From an uncultured Pseudomonadota bacterium (GTDB lineage Bacteria; Pseudomonadota; Gammaproteobacteria; Steroidobacterales; Steroidobacteraceae): DNA of 64,000 nt. Below, piece after piece: positions 47,698 to 58,300 of this stretch; the stretch's first letter is position 1, and each line of letters opens with the position of its first letter. The DNA lies in the NCBI GenBank assembly GCA_963742045.1, contig CAVUKE010000001.1, positions 55,873 through 119,872 on the forward strand, given 5' to 3'. A model generated the notes under the pieces. The model did no database searches. It was not told the origin of the DNA and was given only the letters and a program-made list of their open reading frames with translations. Both the position numbers and the translations under genes were made by a program.

Positions 47698-48690
47698 ATG
47701 CAGCAAGGCAGCATATTAGTCACCGGCGGCGCGGGCTATATCGGCTCGCACGTGGCGCTGCAGCTGGCCGCGCGCGGTGAGCGCGTGGTGATCCTCGATG
47801 ATCTGTCGCGCGGGTTTCGCCAGGCGGTGCTCGACACGCCGCTCGTGATCGGCCAGGTCGGCGATCGGGCCACCGTGGCGCAGCTGCTGAAGAGCCACGA
47901 AGTGGACACGGTGATGCACTTTGCCGCCTACACCATCGTGCCCGAATCGGTGGCCGAGCCGCTGAAATACTACGGCAACAACACCTGCTCGACCCGCGCG
48001 CTGCTCGAGTGCTGCCTCGAGGGGCGGGTGCGGCACTTCGTCTTCTCCTCCACCGCGGCGGTCTACGGCACTCCTGCGGACGGGGTCGCCGCGGAGACGA
48101 CGTCCACGTCCCCGATCAACCCCTACGGCACCTCCAAGCTTATGAGCGAGTGGATGCTCTCGAGCGTGGCCCAGGCCTCGCCGCTGCGCTATGCGGCGCT
48201 GCGCTATTTCAACGTGGCGGGCTCGGATACGGGGGGTCGGATCGGTCAGGCGACCCCCAACGCGACGCTCCTCATTAAGGTCGCTTGCGAGGCGGCCGTG
48301 GGCAAGCGCTCGCACGTGTCGATCTTCGGCACCGACTATCCCACCCCCGACGGTACCGGCGTGCGCGACTACATCCACGTCGAGGACCTCGCCCGCGCAC
48401 ACCTGGATGCCCTCACTTACCTGCGCGCCGGGGGCGCTTCCACCACGCTCAACGTCGGCTACGGGCACGGCTACAGCGTGCGCCAGGTGCTCGAGAGCGT
48501 GGAGCGCGTCTCCGGGCAGCGACTCACGGTGCGCGAGGAGCCGCGCCGCCCGGGGGACCCGGCGGCCCTGGTTGCACGTGCCGAGCGCATCCGCAAGGAG
48601 TTCGGCTGGCAGCCGCGTCTGGACGACCTGGATACGATCGTACGCACCTCCTACGCCTGGGAGCAGCGCCTCAGGCGCGAGCCCTGGTAA
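47698..48690 (+). CDS. galE: UDP-glucose 4-epimerase
   Basis: MQQGSILVTGGAGYIGSHV...SSTAAVYG...YGTSKLM...DGTGVRDYIHVEDLA. 330 aa. Confidence 0.9.
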   Translation: MQQGSILVTGGAGYIGSHVALQLAARGERVVILDDLSRGFRQAVLDTPLVIGQVGDRATVAQLLKSHEVDTVMHFAAYTIVPESVAEPLKYYGNNTCSTRALLECCLEGRVRHFVFSSTAAVYGTPADGVAAETTSTSPINPYGTSKLMSEWMLSSVAQASPLRYAALRYFNVAGSDTGGRIGQATPNATLLIKVACEAAVGKRSHVSIFGTDYPTPDGTGVRDYIHVEDLARAHLDALTYLRAGGASTTLNVGYGHGYSVRQVLESVERVSGQRLTVREEPRRPGDPAALVARAERIRKEFGWQPRLDDLDTIVRTSYAWEQRLRREPW

Positions 48691-48757
48691 GGCTGTCGCC
48701 CCGGGCGCCCCTCTTAAGGTGCGCCGAGGCTGTTACCGGTAGGTAGAATGCGCCCCC

Positions 48758-50242
48758 ATGCGGTGGGGGCGTCCCAAGTCATTGAGTGGACTGATGCTGG
48801 TCGGCCTGTTCTTCATGGCCGTGCCGCTGCTCGTCGCGATTTTGACCGCCGTCCTGCAGATCCGCGACCTCGCCGACACCGGGCAGATGATCGTCAAACA
48901 GGGGGTCACCAACGCGCGTGCCAGCCAGGCGCTTTTCGGGCAGATCGCCTCGCTTGAGCGCACCGCGCGCCTCTATGACGTGCTCAATGACGCGAAGCTC
49001 CTGGAGGTCTACCGGACCCAGGATGAGCGGCTGAGCCAGACGCGCGAGCAGCTGCACCGCCAGGCCGCCGCCGATACCCGCAAGACGCTCGAAGAGCTCG
49101 GGCAGCTGCAGCAGAGCATCCGCTTGACGGTGATGAACGCGCCCTCCAAGGATGCCGCGGCGCAGTCGCAGCTCGCGGAAGCCTTCACGCAGCTCACGGC
49201 GCTCGTGGAGCGCGTCGCCCAGGAGAGCAACGCGCAGGTGGACGCGGAGGTCTCCGCGCTCGAAGAGCGCACACTGCAGGCGCGCAAGCACCTCCTGTGG
49301 ACCACGGCGCTGCTCTTGCCGCTCGCCGCGATCGCCGTCCTCGTGCTCACCGTCGGTGTCGGGCGCCCGCTGCGTCAGCTCGATCGCGCCATCAGCGAAC
49401 TCGGTGAGGGCACGTTCACGAACCCGATCGCGGTCTCAGGCCCCCACGATCTGGAGCGCCTCGGCGGGCAGCTCGAGTGGCTGCGCCAGCGCCTGCTCGA
49501 GCTCGCCCACGAGCGCAACCGCTTCCTGCGGCACATGTCGCACGAGCTGAAGACCCCGCTCGCCAACATCCGCGAGGGCACGGAGCTGCTGATGGATGGC
49601 GCGGTCGGGGAGCTGGATTCGAATCAGCGCGAGGTGGCTGCCATTCTGCGCGAGAACGGTATCAAGCTGCAGCGCATGATCGAGAACCTTCTGTCCTTCA
49701 GCGCCTGGCAGACCTCCAGCGTGGGCCTGGAGGCGACGGAGTTTCGCCTGCGTCCGCTGGTGAAGCAGGTGCTGGAGAACCAACAGCTCACCCTGCTGTC
49801 GCAGCGTGTGCGACTGGATGTGCACGTCGAGGACGTCACGCTCGTGGCCGATCGCGGCAAGATTCGCCTGATTCTCGAGAACCTGGTGTCCAACGCCGTC
49901 AAATATTCTCCCAAGGGCGGCACGATTCACCTCATGGCGCGCACCGCCGGGGCGCAGCTGGTGCTGGATGTGGCCGATGGCGGGCCGGGCATCCCGGTGG
50001 AGGATCGCGAACACATCTTCGACGCCTTCTACACCGGGCGCGCCGCGCGCAGCACTGCGGTCAAAGGCACCGGCATCGGGCTTTCGGTGGTGCTCGAGTT
50101 CGTGTCCGCGCACGGCGGCACCGTGCAGATCATCGACGGGCAGTACCCCGGGGCGCATTTCCGCATCACCATGCCGATCCGCGCCAGCACGGGAGATCAG
50201 CCCGCCCGCAGCGTACCCAAGGCGCAGGCGCATGCCGCTTAG
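48758..50242 (+). CDS. Sensor histidine kinase, GlrK/QseE-like
   Basis: 494 aa. Two TM segments flank a periplasmic coiled region, followed by HAMP, H-box FLRHMSHELKTPLANI, N-box LENLVSNAVKYSP and G-boxes DGGPGI and GTGIGLSVV. The start is uncertain, because the ATG sits in a hairpin loop. Confidence 0.85.
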   Translation: MRWGRPKSLSGLMLVGLFFMAVPLLVAILTAVLQIRDLADTGQMIVKQGVTNARASQALFGQIASLERTARLYDVLNDAKLLEVYRTQDERLSQTREQLHRQAAADTRKTLEELGQLQQSIRLTVMNAPSKDAAAQSQLAEAFTQLTALVERVAQESNAQVDAEVSALEERTLQARKHLLWTTALLLPLAAIAVLVLTVGVGRPLRQLDRAISELGEGTFTNPIAVSGPHDLERLGGQLEWLRQRLLELAHERNRFLRHMSHELKTPLANIREGTELLMDGAVGELDSNQREVAAILRENGIKLQRMIENLLSFSAWQTSSVGLEATEFRLRPLVKQVLENQQLTLLSQRVRLDVHVEDVTLVADRGKIRLILENLVSNAVKYSPKGGTIHLMARTAGAQLVLDVADGGPGIPVEDREHIFDAFYTGRAARSTAVKGTGIGLSVVLEFVSAHGGTVQIIDGQYPGAHFRITMPIRASTGDQPARSVPKAQAHAA

Positions 50243-50859
50243 GCGTCTGCACCCGGGCGGCGCGGTCACGGTCCTCGCCGCGCTGCAGCTCTTAGGCTGC
50301 GCCGGCATGTCCGGGGAGCGCCCGGCGGCACCGGCGCCGGTGGTGAATCCTGCGGCGACCACCTCGACGCTCCTCGCCGGCTACCTCGAGCTGCTGCAGA
50401 AGCTCGTCACGGGTCCTGCCGCCCAGCAGGCGGAGATCGTGGCAAGCGCACGGCACGACTTCGACACCGCGCCCACACCGAGCCATCAGCTGAGGCTCGC
50501 ACTCATACTCGGCACCCCGGGGCATCCGGCCACTGACCTGCCGCGCGCCCAGGGGCTGCTTGCGCGAGCTCATGGCGAACCCGGAGGTGCTCTTGCCGGG
50601 GGAGCGCTCGCTCGCGTTCCTGGAACTTTCGCAAATTGACGACCATTTGACGCTCGAGGCGGAAAACCGCAGGCTGCAAACTGAGGCGGTGCGGGCGGAT
50701 CGCGAGCACATCGCAAATGCCAATCACCGCCTGCAGGCGGAAGCGGACGAGAATGCCCGCCTGCGCAAGGAGCTCGATGAGGCGCGCGCGAAGCTTGACG
50801 CGATCGCCAACATCGAGCGCTCACTCAATGAGCGCAAACCTGGCACGACGACTCATTAG
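50232..50859 (+). pseudogene. QseG/YfhG-position lipoprotein with one frameshift
   Basis: MPLRRLHPGGAVTVLAALQLLGCAG... (frame of ORF 49968-50639) continues after about 50559 in ORF 50560-50859 (...RELMANPEVLLPGERSLAFLELSQIDDHLTLEAENRRLQTEA...coiled coil). The join reads ctg-[c]-ttg. It lies between the kinase and regulator genes, as qseG does in E. coli. Confidence 0.55.
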
Positions 50860-50864
50860 TCGCG

Positions 50865-52235
<1,371 letters not shown>

Positions 52236-52242
52236 GAACTTA

Positions 52243-53688
52243 CTAGCGCTCGGGGGCTTCCCCGGGCGACACCGCGCCCGCGCTGCCCTCGGCCGCGTGC
52301 ATGCTGTTCTTGCCGAACTGCGCCGCATCGATGCTGTGCTTGCCCAGCAGATCATAGAGCGTCGGCCGCGTGACCCCGAGCAGCTCTGCCGCGCGCGACA
52401 GGTTGCCACGGGCGACCGCGAGGGACTGGCGCACCGCCTGCGCCTCCGCGCGCTGGCGCGCCACGCGTAAGTTCAGGTACTCCGGGTCATCGCCCGGGTC
52501 GACCAGACCCAGGTCCGCGGCGGTCACCACCACCCCCTCAGCCATGATCACCGCTCCCTTGATGCGGTTTTCAAGCTCGCGCACGTTCCCCGGCCAGCGG
52601 TACGCCTGGATGGCGCGGATGGCATCCGGGGCGAGTCCGCGCGTGGGCTTGGCAAAGCGCTCGGCGGTTTGCTGCAGGAGAAACTGCGCCAGCAGCAGGC
52701 TATCGCCCTGGCGCTCCCGCAGCGGCGGCACGCGAATGGTGACCTCACTGATGCGGTAGAACAGATCATCCCGAAAGGTACCGGTACCGATGAGTGTGTC
52801 GAGCGGCTTGTTGGTGGCACACACGATTCGAATGTCGAGTATCACCGGCACATGGCCCCCGACGCGATCGACGGTGCGCTCCTGCACAACGCGCAGCAGC
52901 TTCGCCTGCAGCGAGCCGGGCATCTCGCCGATCTCATCGAGGAACACGGTGCCGCCGTCGGCCGATTCGAGTTTGCCGGCGGTGCGCTTGGCCGCTCCGG
53001 TAAAGGCGCCCTTCTCGTAACCGAACAGCTCGCTCTCGAGCAGCGTGTCGGGGATCGCCGCACAGTTGATGGCGATGAAGGGCTTGTGCGAGCGGCCCGA
53101 AAGCCGGTGCAGTGCGCGCGCCAGGAGTTCCTTGCCGGTGCCGCTGTCACCGAGGAGCAGCACGGTCGCGTTGGTCGGGGCCACTTTCTCGATCGCGCGG
53201 CATAGGCTGCGCATTGAGTCGCTCACCCCGATGATGCCCTCGAGCGCCATGGCGCCGGTGCGCTCACGCAGGCGCCAGTTCTCCTCTTCCAGCTCGCGGA
53301 TTCGCAGCGCGCGCCGCACGACGATGGAGAGCACCCCGGCATCGAGGGGTTTGTGGTAAAAGTCCGCCGCTCCCAGGCCGACGGCCGAGACCGCGAGCTC
53401 GCGCGCGTCGTGCTCGGTCATCGCGATGATCTTGGTATCCGGGGAGATGTTGAGGATCTGGCGCAAGAGCTCCAGGCTCTGCGCCGCCACCGCCGGCTCG
53501 CGCGCGGTCCCAAGATCAAACAGCACCACATCCGGTTCGGTGCGGCGCACGAGGGCAAGTGCCTGCTCGGAGGTGTCTGCGGCGGTCACCTCGAGGTCGG
53601 AAAACACCGCCTCGAGCTCGCGCCGCAGTGCGCGGTCGTTTTCCAGGATGAGGAGCTTGCGTCGCTGCTGCATCACCGTGGCCATCAA
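52243..53688 (-). CDS. Sigma-54-dependent response regulator, PrsR (PEP-CTERM-box regulator)-like
   Basis: 481 aa. Receiver with the extended FDLGTAREPAVAAQSLELLRQILNISPDTKIIAMT...GAADFYHKPLD pattern, then ELEEENWRL, Walker A GDSGTGKE, ESELFGYEKGAFTGA, FLDEIGEM and a C-terminal Fis-type HTH. Confidence 0.75.
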   Translation of the reverse strand: MMATVMQQRRKLLILENDRALRRELEAVFSDLEVTAADTSEQALALVRRTEPDVVLFDLGTAREPAVAAQSLELLRQILNISPDTKIIAMTEHDARELAVSAVGLGAADFYHKPLDAGVLSIVVRRALRIRELEEENWRLRERTGAMALEGIIGVSDSMRSLCRAIEKVAPTNATVLLLGDSGTGKELLARALHRLSGRSHKPFIAINCAAIPDTLLESELFGYEKGAFTGAAKRTAGKLESADGGTVFLDEIGEMPGSLQAKLLRVVQERTVDRVGGHVPVILDIRIVCATNKPLDTLIGTGTFRDDLFYRISEVTIRVPPLRERQGDSLLLAQFLLQQTAERFAKPTRGLAPDAIRAIQAYRWPGNVRELENRIKGAVIMAEGVVVTAADLGLVDPGDDPEYLNLRVARQRAEAQAVRQSLAVARGNLSRAAELLGVTRPTLYDLLGKHSIDAAQFGKNSMHAAEGSAGAVSPGEAPER

Positions 53689-55091
53689 CGTGCCCCTTTG
53701 CCCATGAGAACCACCTCGGCGGTCTGCACCAGGATCGCCAGATCAAAGAGCAGACTGTTGTTCTTGATGTAGTACAGGTCGTACTGCAGTTTCTCGAGCG
53801 CGTCCTGCTCGGAGGAGCCGTACGGGTAGCACAGCTGTGCCCAACCGGTGATCCCCGGTTTCACGTAGTGGCGCTGTACGTAGTAGGGAATCTTCTCGGC
53901 CAGTTCCGCGACGAACTCCGGGCGCTCCGGACGCGGGCCGATGAAACTCATGTGACCGCGCAGCACGTTCAGGATCTGCGGCAACTCATCGATGCGCAGC
54001 TTGCGGATGATCGCACCTACGCGCGTCACGCGCGGATCCGAGCGCTGCGCCCATTGCGCGCCGTTCAATTCCGCATCCAGCCGCATGCTGCGGAACTTGA
54101 TCACGTTAAACTCGCGTCCGCCGAGGCCGACGCGTCGCTGGCTGTAGAGCGCCGGCGCCCGCCAGCCATCCTCGAGCTTGATGGCGAGCACCGTGAGCAG
54201 GATCGCCGGCAGTGAGACGGTCAGCACCGCAAGGCTTGCACCCAGATCGAGCATGCGCGAGGAGAACAGCCGCAGCGGATCGCGCCGGAATCCCTGACCG
54301 AAGATCATCCAGCTCGGGTTGAGCACATCCAAACGCACGCGTCCGGTCTCGCGCTCCAGAAAAGTGAGCAGCTCCGTAACATCCACCCCGGCGAGGCGGC
54401 AGTCCAGGAGCTCCCGGATCGGAAAGCCGCGGCGCCGATCGTCCATCGCCACCACCACTTCGGTGACGCTGAGGCGCTCGCACAGGCCGCGCAGATCGCC
54501 CTGCGGGTCCAGCACGGGTTCGATGGGCCCACTCAGGGGCTCCTCCGCGGGCTGCACGAAGCCGAGCAGCTGAAAGCCGCGCCGGTCCGCGGAGCGGCGC
54601 AGATTCGCGACCGAGACTGCGGCAACACCCGTCCCGTAAACCAGCACGCGGCGTTTGAAGATCTCCTGACTGACCAGGCGCGCGAACAGCAGGCGCGAGA
54701 CGAGAATGCCGGCGCCGGACAGGAGGATGGCGAGCGCCTCGACCCCGCGCCAAAGGTGCAGCGTCGGCACGAGGTAGAACACAGCGGCGATCGCGCACGA
54801 GGCCACGAGCAACGCCGCCACCACACGCACGAGCATCCCCGACAGCTGCGCGCGCTGGCGGGCGCTGTAGAGCCCGAAGGCCATCAGGCACACCACGACG
54901 ATCAGACCGAATACGGCCGCCCGGGGCCACAGCGGACCGAACTGCAGCTCCACCAGCCGCAGGCGACCGAACGGGGTCTGGAAGCGGATACCAATGGCCG
55001 CATACATCGCAAAGAAGCCGATCGCGGCCTCAACGAACGCAAGGGCAGCAATCGAGGCGGGTACCTGTTGTCCGAGAACGCGGATGCGCAT
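53685..55091 (-). CDS. Exopolysaccharide-priming undecaprenyl-phosphate sugar phosphotransferase (EpsB/WbaP-like)
   Basis: 468 aa. N-terminal TM bundle, central Rossmann-like region, and C-terminal bacterial sugar transferase domain (FNVIKFRSMRLDAE...DPRVTRVGAIIRKLRIDELPQILNVLRGHMSFIGPRPERPEF). ATGA overlap with the PrsR-like gene. Confidence 0.9.
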   Translation of the reverse strand: MRIRVLGQQVPASIAALAFVEAAIGFFAMYAAIGIRFQTPFGRLRLVELQFGPLWPRAAVFGLIVVVCLMAFGLYSARQRAQLSGMLVRVVAALLVASCAIAAVFYLVPTLHLWRGVEALAILLSGAGILVSRLLFARLVSQEIFKRRVLVYGTGVAAVSVANLRRSADRRGFQLLGFVQPAEEPLSGPIEPVLDPQGDLRGLCERLSVTEVVVAMDDRRRGFPIRELLDCRLAGVDVTELLTFLERETGRVRLDVLNPSWMIFGQGFRRDPLRLFSSRMLDLGASLAVLTVSLPAILLTVLAIKLEDGWRAPALYSQRRVGLGGREFNVIKFRSMRLDAELNGAQWAQRSDPRVTRVGAIIRKLRIDELPQILNVLRGHMSFIGPRPERPEFVAELAEKIPYYVQRHYVKPGITGWAQLCYPYGSSEQDALEKLQYDLYYIKNNSLLFDLAILVQTAEVVLMGKGAR

Positions 55092-55274
55092 GCAGGCTTT
55101 GGTTTACACACTGACGCCCGAAGGGCCACGGGGAACTTTACATGAGAGTGTAAAGCTCTCCCGGGCAAGCACTGTGAAGAGCATCACACTTGCAGAGCGA
55201 TTAAGGGAAATCGTCGGGGCGAGCGATCGCAGGATCGTGCCGGGGCCGCCGAAATGCCCCAAGAAAGTGCGAAA

Positions 55275-55297
55275 GGCCCCCGGCTTCGGGGGAGGGC
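55275..55297 (-). terminator. Hairpin with a partial U-tract immediately after the large secreted-protein gene
   Basis: The minus strand reads GCCCTCCCCCGAAGCCGGGGGCC followed by TTTCGCACTTTCTT, starting 7 nt after the TAA (55304-55306). Confidence 0.5.
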
Positions 55298-55303
55298 TGC
55301 CGC

Positions 55304-58300
55304 TTACGGGTGCGCTTTGAAGGCCGCGAGCTGCATGATCCAGAGCGCGGGTGGGCTCAGTGGGGCTGTCGCGGTATAGCTGCCGGTGGCACTGACGATC
55401 CGATCTTCGGCGATATCCCCGTCCGGCACAGTGATGATGCGATCGGTGAAGCCCGCCCCGGGTCCAGTCGTCGTGGTGTACACGACGTTCGCGCCGATGA
55501 TCAGATCGTTGGCGTTGGTGGTCGTGACCGCGCCGCTGCTGCTCAGGCTGTTGTTGCCACTGGACGCGGCGACGACGTCGAGCGGGCTCGTGGTGGCCAT
55601 GCCGCTGTACTCGAGCACCCGCACGTCCGGGTACGTCGCGGCACTCGTGAAGCTCACAGAAACGCTGTTCGCACCGGCCGCGGCACCCACGATGTTGGCC
55701 GCGTAGTAGATCGCCTGCGAGGCGGCGCCGCTGATGACGGTCGGACCGGCGGCCAGGTGGTAGGTGTTGCCACTGGAATCGGTGAGGGTGCCGATGGTTG
55801 CGGTCGAATCCCCCCAGCTCACCACCACCACGTTCAGGTCGCCCGCGCTCTGGGCGCCCGTGTAGGGGACCGTGACGTGGGCCTGTGCGCTTTGGGGCGT
55901 GGCGTAGTTCCGCTGCACGAACGCGATCGCCGGCGGCTGCGTGCCCGAGCCCGTCGTCGCGGTCGCCACGTTCGAATACGGACCGGTATCGCCGGCCGCA
56001 TCGGCGGCGCGCACACGATAGGAATAGCTCGTCGCCGCGCTCAGTCCCGGATCGTTGTAGGCGGTGCTGGTGCTGGTGGCGACCTGTGTGAAGGTGCTGC
56101 AACCGGATCCCTGGCAGCGCTCGATGCGGTACTGGCTGATCGTGCCGCCGCTCTCCGTGGCCGCACTCCAGGTGAGGTTGATCTGGCTCGAACTGGCACT
56201 CACCGCGGTCAGATTCGCAGGCGCAGTGAGGGTTGGCGCTGCGGTGCTCGCGCTCGCCACATTCGAGTAGGGTCCGGTGTTGCCGAGGCTATCCTTGGCG
56301 CGCACACGGTAGCTGTAGGTGGTCGAACCGCTCAGGGAGGCATCCGCGTACGTCAGGCTGGTCGCGGTGCCGATTTGCACGAAGCTGCTGCAACCGGATC
56401 CCTGGCAGCGCTCGATCAGGTACTGACTGATCGTGCCACCGGTCTCGGTCGCCTTGCCCCAGGAAAGATTGATGAGGGTACTGCCCGAGGCCGTTGCCGC
56501 CAGGTTGGTCGGCGCGGTCGGCGTGGCCGCCGAGGTCACCGCGGTCGCGGTGTTGGAGTAAGGGCCGTCCTGCCCCACAGCGTCCTGGGCCCGCACACGA
56601 TAGCTGTAGCTCGTGGAGCCGGTCAGTCCGGAATCCGCATATGACGTGCCCGTCGCGGTGCCGATCTGTGCGAAGCTCGAGCAGCCGCTGCCCTGGCAGC
56701 GCTCGATGAGATACTGCGCGATGCTGCCGCCGCTTTCCGTCGCGGCCCCCCAGGTGAGATTGATGGCGGTCGTCGAGCTCACCGTCGCCGCAAGAGCCGA
56801 CGGCGCGGTGGGCGTCACCGGAGCGCCGCCACCGGCGGCGCCCTTGAAGGCCACCATCTGCATGACCGTCGGGCCGGCAGGTCCAATGCTGGCCGTCGCT
56901 GAGTAGCTTGCCACGCTCGTGACGACCCGATCCTCCGCGATGTCCCCGTCCGGGACAGTCAGCATGCGCGATGTGAACCCCGAGCCTGCCCCCAGGGTGT
57001 ATTCCAGTGTCACGTCCGCGCCGACCAGAAGGTCGGCGGCGTTGGTGGTGGTTACCGCGCCGCTGCTCGCGGTGCCGCCGCTGCTCGTGGCGCCACTCAC
57101 GACGTCCACCGGGCTGGCGGCTGCGATGCCGCTGTATTCCAGAATTCGAATGTCCGGATAGCCGGCCGAGCCGCTGAAAGTCACGGTCACGGTGTTGGCA
57201 TTCGCGGCTGCGCTGGCGATGTTGGGCGCATAGTAGATCGCCTGACTCGCCACTCCTGAGAACACCGTGGGGCCGATGGCCGCGGCGTACACGTTGCCAC
57301 TGGTGTCCTTGACACTGCTGATGGTGGCCGCAGAGTCGTTCCAGCCCACGACGACGACGTTCAGATCGCCTTGCTGTTGCGCGGCGGTGAACTTCACGGC
57401 CACCGAGGTCTGCGCGGACTGCGGGGTTGCGTAGTTGCCCTGCACATAGGTGATCTGTGCCGACGCGGAGATGCTGTAGGCACCCACCGCCGGGGTACTC
57501 GTGAGCCTGCCACTCTGCACCGCCATCGCGGTGATGGTCGTCGTCGCGGCGATGTTTAACGGCGCGGAATAGACCGCCGATGCGAGCGTCGGCTGGCTGC
57601 CATCGAGGGTGTAGTAGATCGCAGCGCCCGCTGCGGCGGTGATCGTCACCATCTGTGCGCCGGCGTAACTGGAGGGGGCGGGCGAGAATGTCGGGGAGGC
57701 CAGACGCTGTGGCGTGGAGGCGAGCAGGCCATACACATCGATGCCGGCTGCGCCCCCCATAAACACCTTGCCACCGGAGACGGTGGGCACGGCAAACTTC
57801 ACCGGAGCCCCTGCAGTATCGCGATTGCTCGCCGCCTGGCTGCTGTTATAGAGCTCGGTGGCCAGATTGGTGGCGTCATAGGCGTGCAGCACGCCAACAC
57901 CGAGCGTCGAGTTGAGCTCGACCGCCCACATCACAGCAGTGGTTGCCGTGCTGCTGGCCGCGGAGACCACCGGTTGCGCGCCCGGATAGCCGAAGGTGGT
58001 CGGCGCCTGCGAGGTAGGGGTGGTGCTCAGCTGTCCGTTGGTGAGCGTGTAAAGCTTGCAGGCATCCGAGACCCCGCACAGGTACACACGGCTCTGCCAG
58101 TACGCCGGGGCGGTGTAGCTGTTGCCGGCATAGGGCATCGGGTCATTGAGCGGATTGATGGCCATGCCACCGATCCCACTCTTGATCCACTGAACGATGT
58201 AGCTGTTGGGCGTGTTGTAGGAGCCGTTGTACTTGCCCATGTTGTCGCGGTCGACGAGGTAGATTTCCCCGTCCTTGCCCGTGCCCACCAGCAGGTTCGG

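Noticed and set aside
48738-48760. Hairpin CGCCCCCatgcggtGGGGGCG after galE as a terminator
   Set aside because: There is no U-tract, and the loop contains the annotated ATG of the kinase gene. It may affect kinase translation initiation, but the evidence is too thin to call.
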